Shown piece by piece: positions 1-11,010 of a DNA stretch of 64,000 nt. Made by a program: the position numbers and the translations under genes. The notes beneath the pieces are model-generated. The model was given only the letters and a program-made list of their open reading frames with translations, was not told the origin of the DNA and ran no database searches. The stretch is taken from NCBI GenBank assembly GCA_963701075.1, contig OY969559.1, positions 1,792,001-1,856,000 on the forward strand, written 5' to 3'. The stretch is from an uncultured Nitrososphaerota archaeon (GTDB lineage Archaea > Thermoproteota > Nitrososphaeria > Nitrososphaerales > Nitrosopumilaceae). Every line of letters starts with the position of its first letter. Position 1 is the first letter of the stretch.

Positions 1-1
1 A

Positions 2-385
2 TGCATATCTTCTAGTCAGCCTCTCCTTTTCTCCAGCAGAGAGTCTTTTAGGATCACAAATGATTCCACCCTTTCCGCCTCCAAAAGGAACATCGACTAT
101 GGAACACTTCCAAGTCATCCACATTGAGAGTGCTTTTACTTCCTCTATTGTTACATCGGGGTGATATCTTATTCCACCTTTGAATGGTCCCCTAAAATCA
201 TTATGCTGAGATCGAAATCCCGTGAAAACTTTGATTCTTCCATCATCCATTTTTATTGGAAGAGAAACAGTCAAGACTTTTTTTGGCGATGCGAGCATCT
301 CGTGTACGCCTGGATCAAGTTTTAAAATCTTTGCAGCAGATGCAAGTTGTTTTAGTGCATTCTGCCATGGATCTATCTTGTTCAA
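2..385 (-). CDS. gdhA: Glutamate dehydrogenase (Glu/Leu/Phe/Val DH), N-terminal part, runs off window start
   Basis: Manual translation from TTG at 385: MNKIDPWQNALKQL...VFTGFRSQHNDFRGPFKGGIRYHPDVT...LSMWMTWKCSIVDVPFGGGKGG. Confidence 0.9.
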   Translation of the reverse strand, partial: MNKIDPWQNALKQLASAAKILKLDPGVHEMLASPKKVLTVSLPIKMDDGRIKVFTGFRSQHNDFRGPFKGGIRYHPDVTIEEVKALSMWMTWKCSIVDVPFGGGKGGIICDPKRLSAGEKERLTRRYA

Positions 386-441
386 ACTTACCGATTGTCT
401 CCTAGGTATTGTATTTAAATTTGTTGAGACCAGATCGCATC

Positions 442-798
442 TTACTTGGTAGGTTGCTCAGATCCTTTACCAGCGTTCTGTCCCCCAAGTTTGGACGAGA
501 TCAGATTTCGTAGATCGTCATCTGTCTTGTCTTTAGAATCTATTCCAAGAGTTTGTGCCATGACCTCGAGTTTTTGTCTCTCCGAAGTTGCTGGACCCTG
601 TATTGGTATGCTAAAATCGCCCTTGGCCTTTTGAATCTCATCGTGAACAATGTTTTTTGTTTTATTGAATTGCCCCATAATTTTTCCTATCTTTTTTGAT
701 GCATCGGGCATGCGTTTTGTTCCAAGTAACATCACTAATGCCACAAATGCTATCATTATCCAGTCATTACCCATTATGACAAGGGAGAAATCTGTCAC
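442..798 (-). CDS. tatA: Twin-arginine translocase TatA/E family subunit
   Basis: N-terminal TM, then LLGTKRMP hinge and amphipathic helix. Confidence 0.75.
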   Translation of the reverse strand: MTDFSLVIMGNDWIMIAFVALVMLLGTKRMPDASKKIGKIMGQFNKTKNIVHDEIQKAKGDFSIPIQGPATSERQKLEVMAQTLGIDSKDKTDDDLRNLISSKLGGQNAGKGSEQPTK

Positions 799-835
799 AC
801 AATGATTTTGCCCTTTCCAAAATTAAAGCTTTAGA

Positions 836-1525
836 CTACTTGTAAGCGGCAACTATTACTGCCCCGCCCATCATTCCGGTATCAAATTCAACTCTTGCAA
901 ACTTTTCAAGAAGCAGTGATTCGAGTTTTTTATTTTGTGGCCACAATCGGTACGTGTCATAAAGCGCTGCAAATTTCAATCCCAGTTTTCCACCTGCAGC
1001 CAGTGCAATAACAGGCAGAAAGACTCGCAAGTAAAATGAGACGCCTGCCCTTATCAACAAGTTGTCTGGCTTGCCAAGATCAACAATAACAAACCGTCCT
1101 CCCTTTTTTAAGACACGATGTATTTCAGATATTGCTGTCCTAAGACTGATTGCATCGCGCAACGAGTATCCGCAAATGACTGCATCAAAATTCTCTTCCC
1201 TAAATGGCATGTGTTCAAACACGCCGCAAGTCAGAGCAGGAGTTTTTGCAAATAGTCTGCTTGTGTTCTTTAACATAGGTCTCAGAGGATCGTATAATGT
1301 GACTTGGAGATTATCTTTACAAATTTTCATGGCAGTCTTTGACATGTTACCAAATCCAGAACCTGCATCAAGAACCCTGTCACCTTGATTTACTCGGCCG
1401 CGGATTCCGCGTTCCCTAAACTCCAAGTCTTTTCCAAGAGAGATAAACGAGTTGACCTTGTCATAGACTGGAATTATTTGCTCCAGAACATCTAGTACCT
1501 GTCCCCAACTACTTCCAAGACCCAC
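836..1525 (-). CDS. UbiE/MenG-family SAM-dependent methyltransferase
   Basis: VLDAGSGFG motif I, YDKVNSFISLG, EIHRVLKKGG. Confidence 0.8.
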   Translation of the reverse strand: MGLGSSWGQVLDVLEQIIPVYDKVNSFISLGKDLEFRERGIRGRVNQGDRVLDAGSGFGNMSKTAMKICKDNLQVTLYDPLRPMLKNTSRLFAKTPALTCGVFEHMPFREENFDAVICGYSLRDAISLRTAISEIHRVLKKGGRFVIVDLGKPDNLLIRAGVSFYLRVFLPVIALAAGGKLGLKFAALYDTYRLWPQNKKLESLLLEKFARVEFDTGMMGGAVIVAAYK

Positions 1526-1559
1526 ACAAACCTAGGCGGGGGTACATATTATATGTCAA

Positions 1560-2450
1560 TCAGGATTTTATTTCTGAGACAACAGAGCCTACTCCCTCTT
1601 GATATGATGGGTATGCAAGATTGCATATTTTAGATATTTTGGAGTTTGATGCCTTGACTGATGTTGTAAGCAAAGTCACAAAGTCTGAACCCAGAATGGG
1701 TTTTGCAAGAAACGTTGGAATTGTTCCAGGTGTTTTTACACCCAGTTTGGAGCACACAAAACTTACAAACTCTGAAAACACGACAGGATTAGAATCAGTT
1801 ACGACAAATGACTGGTTTGTCTGATTTTTCTCTGCAATTGATACTAATGCAGATGCAACATCATCCACGTGAACAAAGCTTCGATAATATTTTCCAGAGC
1901 CTGGAATTTTGAATGAACCGTTCTTGAGTCTTTCAATCATTATAGACTTGAACCAACCGCCGTTGCCATACACGTCTCCAAGATACACAACGCTAAATGG
2001 AATTCCAATTTGCTTGCAGTTGTCTTCAAGATACTTTTGCGCTTCGAGTCTAATCTTGGCATAGTCTGTATTTGGATTGGGGTTTGTATTCTCGTCTATC
2101 GTGTTTCCGTTTGTGTCTCCAAAAGCACCAAGACCTGAGACATACACAAAGAATTTGGTCTTGTCCTTTATCTTGCTGAACAAGTTAACTACTCCGTCGT
2201 AGTTTACCTTTCTCTGCAGTTTCTTGTCTTTCTCGCCAGGCCATGCAGCCGCAAGATGGTACACTACATCATATTGATCATCTATAAAGTCAAAGTCAGG
2301 ATAAGTGAGATCTCCTGTAACTACCTTAACCTTGGGGTTTGGGATTTGTCCTGTACGTACAAGGGCAGTTACTTCATCTCCCCGTCCAGTCAGTTTGTTG
2401 ACCAATTTTGTTCCTATAAATCCCGTAGCACCTGTTACAAGTACTGCCAA
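1560..2450 (-). CDS. NAD-dependent epimerase/dehydratase family protein
   Basis: VLVTGATGFIG, VYHLAA, FVHVDDVA. Confidence 0.85.
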   Translation of the reverse strand: MAVLVTGATGFIGTKLVNKLTGRGDEVTALVRTGQIPNPKVKVVTGDLTYPDFDFIDDQYDVVYHLAAAWPGEKDKKLQRKVNYDGVVNLFSKIKDKTKFFVYVSGLGAFGDTNGNTIDENTNPNPNTDYAKIRLEAQKYLEDNCKQIGIPFSVVYLGDVYGNGGWFKSIMIERLKNGSFKIPGSGKYYRSFVHVDDVASALVSIAEKNQTNQSFVVTDSNPVVFSEFVSFVCSKLGVKTPGTIPTFLAKPILGSDFVTLLTTSVKASNSKISKICNLAYPSYQEGVGSVVSEIKS

Positions 2451-2547
2451 TAGTCCAAGATAGAATTTTCTTGCTTAAATGTTTGACCTGACGTGAAATT
2501 CCACATGTAACTAAAAATTAAATCAGACAGTATGTTTCCGTGACATA

Positions 2548-5059
2548 GTGCACTCGTGTCCCAAATGTAAATCCAAGTTAGAGGTTCAAAGAACATTTAA
2601 TCAAAAAATCCTATTTGGCTGCACACACTGCAAGATTGAAGATGTAATAGACTACAAGAAGAATTTAGATGAGGCATATCTTGATTTTTTGCTAAAATTT
2701 GACACTGGACAGACCCCAACCAAGAAAGAATCCCAAAATGCCCTAGAAAAAGAAGGTCTACTTCAAAGTGAAGACGAGATCAAAAAGATGATAGGAGATT
2801 CAAAGATTGACGAGTTAACTAGGTCAGTATTATTCTCAAAAAAACATTACGTATCGTATTTCAAATCAATTGAAGAGCCAGACCCAGAGATGGGCTCTAC
2901 TGTTGATGACTCTGGATTAGATGAGAGAATCATAGAGGTGTTAAAAGCAAAAGGAATCGTAAAATTTTACAAATTTCAAGAAGATGCCATTCAGGATATT
3001 GTATTTGGGAAAAATGTCATAATAACTGCTCCAACAGCATCAGGCAAGACAGAGGCCTTTGTCATACCGATAATGCAAAAGATAGTTGATTCAAAGGCAC
3101 CAAGACACAGCGTTCATGCTCTCTTTGTCTATCCAACAAAGTCTCTGTCACGTGATCAATATCCAAAGATAAAGGACATTGCGGACAAGCTCAATCTAGG
3201 AATTGCCGTTTTTGATGGAGACACAAAGGAGACTGAAAGAAAAGAAATCTCGGATACTCCTCCAGAGATAATAATAACAAACTTTGATGTACTGCATTAT
3301 CATCTCTGGCATAGGACAAAGTTTGCTGCACTACTAAATACAGTAAAGTTTTTGGCAGTCGATGAGGCGCACATATATTCTGGAATTTTTGGCTCCAACG
3401 TTCATTATATCATCAAGAGGCTAAAGAGAATCTGTCCCAAGATACAGTTTGTGGCATCTTCTGCTACACTTGAAAATGCCCTCTTGTTTTGTCAGGGCTT
3501 GTTTGGAGTTGATATGATACAGGTCACAGGATCTGGAAAGAAAGGAAGAATAGAGTTTTGCATGCTGTTTCCATCCCTTATTACTCAACGTGCCTTGATG
3601 ATTGACATACTAAAGAAGCTTGCATCAAAAAAGCGCAAGACATTAGTTTTCAGCAATTCACACCTAAATTCCGAACTTTTGGCCCTGCAGGCAGGACGAC
3701 AAAAAATAGACATCAAGGTTCACAGGGCCGGCCTGATGGCAAACTATAGACGGTCAATTGAAAACCTGTTCAAAAATGATAAATTGTTAGCAGTCTCTGC
3801 AACCCCAACTCTTGAGCTTGGAATCGATGTTGGAAATGTAGATGGGGTGATATCGTCTACCATTCCAGTCAATCGTCTAGTTCAAAGAATTGGAAGAGCT
3901 GCAAGAAAAGGCCAGGATGGTTTTGCATTCTTGGTGCTTGGAAATGATCCAATATCACAATATTACAAAAATCATCCAGGTGACTACTTTGAGGACAAGG
4001 AGCAAATCTACATAGACCCAAAAAATCCATTTGTTGAGGAATTTCAGGTACTTGCAATGGCCTGTGACAAACCTATTACAAAACACGAATTGTCAGAACA
4101 CCGTGATGCAGTTCAGAAGCACTTGGATGTTGGAAATCTAGTTCTAGTTGAAAATAGATATGTACCAAACTTTGATCAGAATCAAAAGCCTTCTAGAAGA
4201 CTATAGCATCAGAGGAATTGGCAAGTCAATTGACATTTTCTTAAATGGCAAAAAAGTAGGAGATAGGATTCTTCCCATCGCATTAGAAGAACTTCACCCA
4301 TCAGCTGTCTATTTTCTTGCCGGAATGAGATATCGCGTCAAGGAGCTTGGATATCCCCAAAACATGTCTGCAAAATTAGAATATCTTCCAAAAAATTACC
4401 CATATTATACAAAGGCACTTACAGAAGAATGGCCAACCATTGAAACAATTTTTGAGAAAAGGCAGGCAAATGGAATTGAGGTGGCATTTTGCAAACTACA
4501 CATACAAAAACGAGTATACGGCTATGTCAATATCGAGCTTGGCCAAGAGGTGACACAGGGCCAAAAAGTTATTCTTGAAAATCCTTTAGACTATGATTTT
4601 GTCACAAAAGGAATTGTCTTCAAGGCTCCAAGACCACTAGTCGAGATAGGCGAGTCTGAAAATGAGGAGTATACCGAGGCAAGCGGATATCATGCAACAG
4701 AACATGTAATCATAGAAGGCAGTAACATGATTACAGGGGGGGTATCACAAGACTTGGGCGGAATCTCTCTTGGCACATCAGGACTAATTTTTGTGTACGA
4801 TTCTGCAATTGGTGGAAATGGTGCAAGCAAGGCATTGTATGACAGACTTGAAAAGGCATTTGATCGTAGTTTGCACATAGTAAGAGAATGCCCCTGCAAA
4901 AATGAAGCAGGATGTCCACGATGTACCTTTTCCTATAGGTGTGGCAACAACAATGAATATCTGCACAAGTTGGCATCTGCTGAGATTCTCAAAAGAATCA
5001 CAGGCGGCGAAGTAACAGAGGTTTCAGAGCCTGTTGAAGGAGACAAGCCTCTAGTTTAG
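2548..5059 (+). CDS. DEAD/DEAH-box helicase with C-terminal DUF1998 Zn domain (Hrq1/SftH-like); +1 frameshift near 4177
   Basis: APTASGKT, VDEAH, SAT, QRIGRAAR in ORF 2548-4206; CPC..GCPRC in ORF 4148-5059; span is 3n+1. Confidence 0.85.
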
Positions 5060-5165
5060 GATTAGAAGAAACGACAGAAGAGCCAAGGACAGGTTCTACT
5101 CACAGAAAAGAAACAGAAGATCAAGAAGAGTGCAGTAGAACCGAAAATATTAATACGATTTTAGA

Positions 5166-6035
5166 ATGCCAACTACTATGGAAAAAGTTGCAATTGTCAC
5201 TGGCAGCTCAAGCGGCATAGGCTTTGAGACTGCGCTTGCCTTGGCAAGAAATGGCTATTACACATATGCCACAATGCGCGATACAAGGAAAAGTAGCAAG
5301 ATGCTCGAGGCGGCAAAAAAGGAGGGCCTGAAGGTAGAGGTTTTAGAACTTGACGTAGACAAGGAAGAGACAATCAAAGATTCCATAAAAAAGATAGTTC
5401 AGGATAAAAAAAGGATAGATGTGCTTGTAAATAATGCGGGATATTTCCTAGTTGGTTGCCTTGAAGACCTATCAATAAAAGATATCAAGGCGCAGTTTGA
5501 GACTAATTTCTTTGGCGTCGTAAGAACAATCCAAGAAGTCTTGCCAACAATGCGCATGCAAAAGTCAGGAATCATAGTAAACGTAAGTTCAGTCGCTGGA
5601 AGAATCGGATTTCCTGTAACACCTGCCTATATCAGCTCAAAATTTGCACTCGAAGGGCTCAGCGAATCCATGAGATACGAACTTGCACCATTTAACATCA
5701 AGACAATAATAATAGAGCCCGGTGTTGTCAAGACCAACCTGTTTGCGTCACTGAAAAAATCCACAAAACCAGATTCCGTTTACAAGGATATCACTGAAAA
5801 GGTGATGCTGGGTCTAACCATGATGTCCGAGATGGGTACTCCTGCCCAAGAGGTAGCAAGAACCATAATCAATGCAGTAAGCTCTGAGAACCCATTACCT
5901 AGATATCCCGTGGGCAATGATGCCATAATGTTTCTTGAGGCCAAGAAGAGCAAGACCGATATCGAGTTTGAAAATTATATAAAAAAGGAACTTTTTAGTC
6001 AGATCTTTTCTACATATAAAATATTTTCAACATAA
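5166..6035 (+). CDS. Short-chain dehydrogenase/reductase
   Basis: TGSSSGIG, NNAG, YISSK. Confidence 0.9.
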   Translation: MPTTMEKVAIVTGSSSGIGFETALALARNGYYTYATMRDTRKSSKMLEAAKKEGLKVEVLELDVDKEETIKDSIKKIVQDKKRIDVLVNNAGYFLVGCLEDLSIKDIKAQFETNFFGVVRTIQEVLPTMRMQKSGIIVNVSSVAGRIGFPVTPAYISSKFALEGLSESMRYELAPFNIKTIIIEPGVVKTNLFASLKKSTKPDSVYKDITEKVMLGLTMMSEMGTPAQEVARTIINAVSSENPLPRYPVGNDAIMFLEAKKSKTDIEFENYIKKELFSQIFSTYKIFST

Positions 6036-6147
6036 CATGTATGATTATTCAAAAAATGTATGAATTTTTTACATTATTTTTGAATAGATTGATATAAGTC
6101 AGAGAGTCAATTTTTGTCAAAGTCAACAGATTTAGGTAAAAAATGCG

Positions 6148-7725
6148 GTGATAATGAAAATGAAATGGAAGACATTACAACATAATGGTATTGCGTTCCC
6201 TCCCCCTTTTGAGTCAAAGGGGATAACGATTAGGATCAAGGGTGAGAAGGTGCCCCTAAGCTTGGATGCAGAAGAGATGGCATACCAGTGGGCAAAAAAG
6301 AAAGACACCCCATATGTAAAAGATTCCGTTTTTCAGAAAAATTTCTTCTCTGATTTTATCACGGTACTGCCAGACAAGTACAAGAAAACTGTGTTTTCAG
6401 ATATTGATTTTTCAGATGCCTTCAAGGTTGTGGATAAAGAAAAAGACGCAAAACTCACAATAACAAAAGAGGAAAAAAAGAAGATTGCGACCACGAGAAA
6501 AGAGATCAAGGAAAAGATGAAGGGAGTATATGGAAAGGCAATAATGGATGGCAAGGAGGTAGAAGTTGCCAACTGGATGGCAGAACCGCCTGGCCTTTTC
6601 ATAGGACGTGGCGATCATCCAATCAGGGGGCGATGGAAGCCAAGAGTCACTGAAAAAGATGTTACACTAAACCTTGGAAAAGATGCCAAAGTCCCGCCAG
6701 GAAAGTGGGGTCAGGTAATTCACGAGTCTGATTTCATGTGGCTTGCAAGCTGGGAGGACAGGCTTACAGAGAAAAGAAAGTATGTTTGGCTCTCTGATAC
6801 TTCAGACCTAAAGCAGGAGCGCGACAAGATGAAATATGAAAAGGCGACCAAGCTATCAGAGCACATAGACAAGGTGCTCGATGCCATAGTCAAAAAGATG
6901 TCAGATAAAGATGAAAAGGTAAGACGCATAACTACAGTTAGTTATCTAATTTACAAGACTGCAATGAGAGTAGGAGACGAAAAGGATCCTGATGAGGCAG
7001 ACACTGTTGGTGCCACAACTCTACGTGTGGAACACATCAAGCTAAAACCCAACACAATAGAATTCGACTTTCTTGGAAAAGACAGCGTAAGATGGCAAAA
7101 GCCATTACCAGTAGAGGAGCAGGACAAGGTCTTTTATGAAAACCTAAGAAAATTCACTGAAAAGAAAAAGCCAGACGATCTCATATTTGACGGCATTACC
7201 TCAAGACATGTAAACGAGTTTTTGAGTGGCGTAGTCAAGGGACTTACTGCCAAGGTATTCAGGACATACTTGGCAACAAATGTTGTCAGGAGCTATCTGA
7301 AGAAGGTGGACAAACTGGATTCTAAATCAGAAAACATCAAGATTTATCATGCAAAACTAGCAAACCTTGAGGCAGCAATAACCTGTAACCACAAGAGAAC
7401 TATTCCCAAGAGTTTTGAGGAATCTCTCCAAAAAAAGAGAGACGTGTTAAAGAAACTCAAGGAGACTGCTACTAAGACTGAGAAGCAGGCAGAAAAGCAA
7501 AAACAGCGAGAGGAGAAACTGAAACTTACCATAGAACTTGCCGAAAAGACACGAGATTACAATCTCGGTACGTCGTTGCGCAACTATATCGATCCAAGAG
7601 TAGTCAAAGCATGGTCTGATCAGGTTGGTTTAGAATGGGAGAAACTCTACACCAGTGCGTTACAAAAGAAATTCCAATGGGTTGCCAAAGTAGATACCAG
7701 TTGGAAAGAGATTGCCAAAAATTAA
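6148..7725 (+). CDS. top1: DNA topoisomerase IB (eukaryote-like, thaumarchaeal)
   Basis: KWKTLQHNG, EPPGLFIGRGDHP, RVGDEKD, TAKVFRTY, CNHKR, GTSLRNYIDPR (catalytic Tyr). Confidence 0.95.
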   Translation: MIMKMKWKTLQHNGIAFPPPFESKGITIRIKGEKVPLSLDAEEMAYQWAKKKDTPYVKDSVFQKNFFSDFITVLPDKYKKTVFSDIDFSDAFKVVDKEKDAKLTITKEEKKKIATTRKEIKEKMKGVYGKAIMDGKEVEVANWMAEPPGLFIGRGDHPIRGRWKPRVTEKDVTLNLGKDAKVPPGKWGQVIHESDFMWLASWEDRLTEKRKYVWLSDTSDLKQERDKMKYEKATKLSEHIDKVLDAIVKKMSDKDEKVRRITTVSYLIYKTAMRVGDEKDPDEADTVGATTLRVEHIKLKPNTIEFDFLGKDSVRWQKPLPVEEQDKVFYENLRKFTEKKKPDDLIFDGITSRHVNEFLSGVVKGLTAKVFRTYLATNVVRSYLKKVDKLDSKSENIKIYHAKLANLEAAITCNHKRTIPKSFEESLQKKRDVLKKLKETATKTEKQAEKQKQREEKLKLTIELAEKTRDYNLGTSLRNYIDPRVVKAWSDQVGLEWEKLYTSALQKKFQWVAKVDTSWKEIAKN

Positions 7726-7830
7726 TTTCTTAGGCCCTTGTCAGCAATAGTCATTTTAGATATTCCTGCGTCATACTTTGTCTTACATTGAATACGCCCT
7801 GATTATATTTTTCCTAGTGCAAGTAATACC

Positions 7831-8136
7831 ATGACAGAATCAAAACACGAAGACCGTGAGGCACCAAGAAATCTGATGCCAATGTTTTTCGGGTTAGGAA
7901 TGGTTGCAATCGTAGCTGTCATGATGACTATGGTTTGGCCCGTCTGGAATCTATTCCCGCAATATGTCACTGAACAAGTCAAGGTAGTCTCAGTAGACCC
8001 AAGCGGAGTATGGGCGGATACACAGGACAACTACCTAGTAAAATTAACAGGTACATACCACAATGTCCAACCAGGCCAGTACATCATGGGAACATATGAT
8101 GTCAAGATAAAGGACAGAATGAACACATACGGCTAG
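7831..8136 (+). CDS. Small membrane-anchored hypothetical protein
   Basis: One TM segment followed by a beta-rich domain. Confidence 0.6.
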   Translation: MTESKHEDREAPRNLMPMFFGLGMVAIVAVMMTMVWPVWNLFPQYVTEQVKVVSVDPSGVWADTQDNYLVKLTGTYHNVQPGQYIMGTYDVKIKDRMNTYG

Positions 8137-8172
8137 GAACATTTCACTAGTGCCTAACTCTGGACAACACAG

Positions 8173-8203
8173 ATAGCCCAACAATAGCAATGGGCTATTT
8201 TTT
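8173..8203 (+). terminator. Hairpin plus T-tract between convergent genes
   Basis: ATAGCCCA-N10-TGGGCTAT followed by TTTTT. Confidence 0.5.
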
Positions 8204-8229
8204 CTGCTTGTTTTTTCATTTGGAAAAAT

Positions 8230-8771
8230 TTATTCAGAAAACCTTAGTGCAAATGTATTTTTGTTGTACTTGACAGTTATCTTTTTGTGAAACAGTTCGT
8301 CAAAGATTAGCTCCAGGATTGTCTTGTTGTATAATGACCAGTTTTTTCCAAGATCGTGTTTCATAACAAAAGTGTGCACTCCTTTTTCAGACATATGGCT
8401 TACCTGAACAGAAGAGTTTACCATCTGTATCTCAAACCATGACATGAACGAACCAACGTCAATATCACCCTTCATGAATAATGCAACGTCTTTTACCTCA
8501 TCTTTTCCTATGGTACGTGCAATCTCTATCACTTCTTTTTCCTTCAAACCCCCAAAAATTTTGACAAATACAGGCTTGTTGAGGCTGACCAGTCCTATTC
8601 TGGGCTGATAAATGTCCCACTCAAGAAATCTTTTCATGGCCTGAGTGGCAAGTGTGTTTGTGCTTATCTGATGTTCCTTTGCTTCTTGTTGTACTTGTTT
8701 ATGAGGTCCTCTTCAAATCGAAATGTGATAGTGGCAGTTTTTTTCTTGGTGTTGATGTCTGACTCCCCCAT
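8230..8771 (-). CDS. Thaumarchaeal protein with N-terminal ribbon-helix-helix-like domain; -1 frameshift near 8695
   Basis: ATG at 8771 gives MGESDINTKKKTATITFRFEEDLINK, continuing in another frame as VQQEAKEHQISTNTLATQAMKRFLEWD; span is 3n-1. Confidence 0.65.
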
Positions 8772-8896
8772 GAGATGTATTTCGGACTTTTGATATTTAT
8801 GAAATGATGAACATTGTTAGTGAGCATTCACTCAACAAAATGTTGTCTTACAATGTGTACTCAGACAATTTATTGTGGTTTTTACAATATAATGAT

Positions 8897-9367
8897 ATGG
8901 TAGAAATCAAGGTCAAGGTACAGATTGACGCACCAATAGAAAAAGTATGGGAGGTCGTATCAAGAGTTAATGACGATCCAAAGTTTTGGAATCTCACCAA
9001 GTCTATACGAAACATCTCAAAGAACGGCAACGAGATAGTTAGAGAAGTGATCTTGGGCAAAATGGAAAAATGCCATCAAAAGATAATTCTTGTGCCAAAA
9101 GAAGCAATTCACGTCCTTTGGACAAAAGGAGTGATAACAGGAGCAAAAGATATTGTCCTGACATCACTTGGTAGTGGAACGCTTCTTGAGGTCGCGATGG
9201 ATTACAAGATCTCAGGACCAGCTCGTTTCTTCCCAGGAACAATTGCAGATGAGCTGCACATGGAGGCTGAACTAGCAGTGGATCAGATAAAAGAGAAAGC
9301 TGAAGGAAGGCCTCATTATATCCCGATGGAAGAGCGAAAAATGTGGGCAGACCTAATACGTGGATAG
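8897..9367 (+). CDS. SRPBCC/polyketide cyclase family protein
   Basis: MVEIKVKVQIDAPIEKVWEVVS...PKFW; downstream ATG preferred over 8804. Confidence 0.75.
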   Translation: MVEIKVKVQIDAPIEKVWEVVSRVNDDPKFWNLTKSIRNISKNGNEIVREVILGKMEKCHQKIILVPKEAIHVLWTKGVITGAKDIVLTSLGSGTLLEVAMDYKISGPARFFPGTIADELHMEAELAVDQIKEKAEGRPHYIPMEERKMWADLIRG

Positions 9368-9561
9368 AGTCAGCAAAGATTGAACTAGAAAACAATTTGA
9401 CTGATCAACTATCGTGCCATTTGCGCCCTCTCAAAAAAGCAGTCTAATTAATTTTAGACTGCAAACTTCTTTTTGTATTTTAAAAGAATTAGTTTTTGAA
9501 ATTTTGCCGAATATTTTTCACAAGCTACATTTAATTGCAGTTGAAATGACGCGTAATCTAT

Positions 9562-9656
9562 GCCGGGGTAGCTCAGCCTGGCCTAGAGTGCCAGTCTCCA
9601 CAAAAAGGACAATACTCATAATCTGGAGGTCGTGGGTTCGAAACCCACCCCCGGTA
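9562..9656 (+). tRNA. tRNA-Met(CAT), probably elongator, with 19-nt intron at position 30/31 (9595-9613)
   Basis: Acceptor GCCGGGG/CCCCGGT, T-loop GGTTCGAAACCC; removing 9595-9613 restores anticodon arm CCAGA-CTCATAA-TCTGG. Confidence 0.9.
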
Positions 9657-9717
9657 TACATTTTTTTTAACATGTAATGATTTCATTTGCAGCAAATCTC
9701 TCAACCCAACAGATTAA

Positions 9718-11010
9718 AGAATAGTTCAGTGCGAATACAGTGATACGAAGGAGATCATTCCAAAGGGAAACATTGGCATACTGGTTATTACTACCTCAAT
9801 TGGAAGCATAGGCAACATAGCACTCTCATTTCTGCCAATCTACTTTACCTCACTTGGCGGAACAGTTCTCCAATATGGAATAATTACCACATTTGCGACA
9901 CTCATTGGAATACCATCAACTATTTCAGGCGGAATCATTACCGGGCGACACAGTCTCAAAAAGATTGCAATCCTGACTTCATGGATAGGGCCTGCCATAC
10001 TTCTTGGCTATTACCTCTCAAACAGCTGGACTGTGCTTTCAATTCCCATATTGATTGGGGCAGTAGGGGCAATTAGCTCAACAGCTTGGCGACAGCTAGT
10101 AGCTGACGCCACAATACAGAAAAGCAGAACTGCTCAGCTCTCACTTTACCAAACACTTACCACAATACCCCTAATCTTTGCACCCCTTGTTGGCGGGTAT
10201 TTGGTTCACACGATGGGAACAGTCGAGGGATTCAGGCTTGGGGTGTTAATATCACTTGCAATATCGCCAATTTCCACCATATTACTAGTCAAGTTTTTGC
10301 GCGAAAAAGATCCAAGATCGTCACATGATGAATCAGAACAGCCACTGTTACACAATATCAAAAAACAAGCGCCTCTTGAATCAGCATTTCGTTACTCAAA
10401 GGATTTTTGGTCCAATCTGACTACGTTACCAAAGTCACTGGTTCCGTTGCTTTCAGCCTACGTGTTAGTTATCGTAGCAAATTCAACAACAAGTCCTTAT
10501 TTGATATTTTATGGCATCACCGTTGCAAAGCTTGATAGCTTCCAATGGGGAATAATACTTAGTATGCAGATCTTGTTTGCAAATCTAGTTAGAACACCTC
10601 TTGGAATTGTTTCAGACAGGTTTGACAAGAGAAAGATGTTATTGCTGTCTGTCATCACAACTGCACCGCTCTCGATATTTCTTATCCTTGAGCATTCGTT
10701 TTGGGGCATACTTGCAATATTGCTTGCAATGATTGCAACAGGCGTCAATTATGGCCCAACACATGAGGCTCTTCAAATTGAGTTGACGCCGAGGGCAAAG
10801 AGGCCTGCTCTGTTTGCCATGTATGACGTATTAAGAAATGTGTCAGTGTCTGCTGGAACAATCATGGGAGCCATACTTTTCACCATAAACTATGCATTAC
10901 CATTTTACAGTTTTACCATAATAGAGGGATGCGCGGGAGCAATCATAGCTTGCGCATTTTTCTTAAAACCTGGAAAACAGAGATCAGTTACAACACCGCA
11001 AAAATCCTAA
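9718..11010 (+). CDS. MFS transporter (start uncertain; frame open from 9718)
   Basis: About 12 hydrophobic segments, GIVSDRFDKRK motif A; frame continues upstream of 10033 with TM helices. Confidence 0.8.
   Translation, partial: RIVQCEYSDTKEIIPKGNIGILVITTSIGSIGNIALSFLPIYFTSLGGTVLQYGIITTFATLIGIPSTISGGIITGRHSLKKIAILTSWIGPAILLGYYLSNSWTVLSIPILIGAVGAISSTAWRQLVADATIQKSRTAQLSLYQTLTTIPLIFAPLVGGYLVHTMGTVEGFRLGVLISLAISPISTILLVKFLREKDPRSSHDESEQPLLHNIKKQAPLESAFRYSKDFWSNLTTLPKSLVPLLSAYVLVIVANSTTSPYLIFYGITVAKLDSFQWGIILSMQILFANLVRTPLGIVSDRFDKRKMLLLSVITTAPLSIFLILEHSFWGILAILLAMIATGVNYGPTHEALQIELTPRAKRPALFAMYDVLRNVSVSAGTIMGAILFTINYALPFYSFTIIEGCAGAIIACAFFLKPGKQRSVTTPQKS

Noticed and set aside
4140-4210. Programmed frameshifting in helicase, radA, mtnP and others
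   Set aside because: No common slippery heptamer or stimulator; the number of hits in core genes favours sequencing error.
6148-7725. Topoisomerase IB as a novel eukaryote-like acquisition
   Set aside because: Already an established thaumarchaeal hallmark.
9414-9677. 87-aa ORF
   Set aside because: Overlaps tRNA-Met; spurious.
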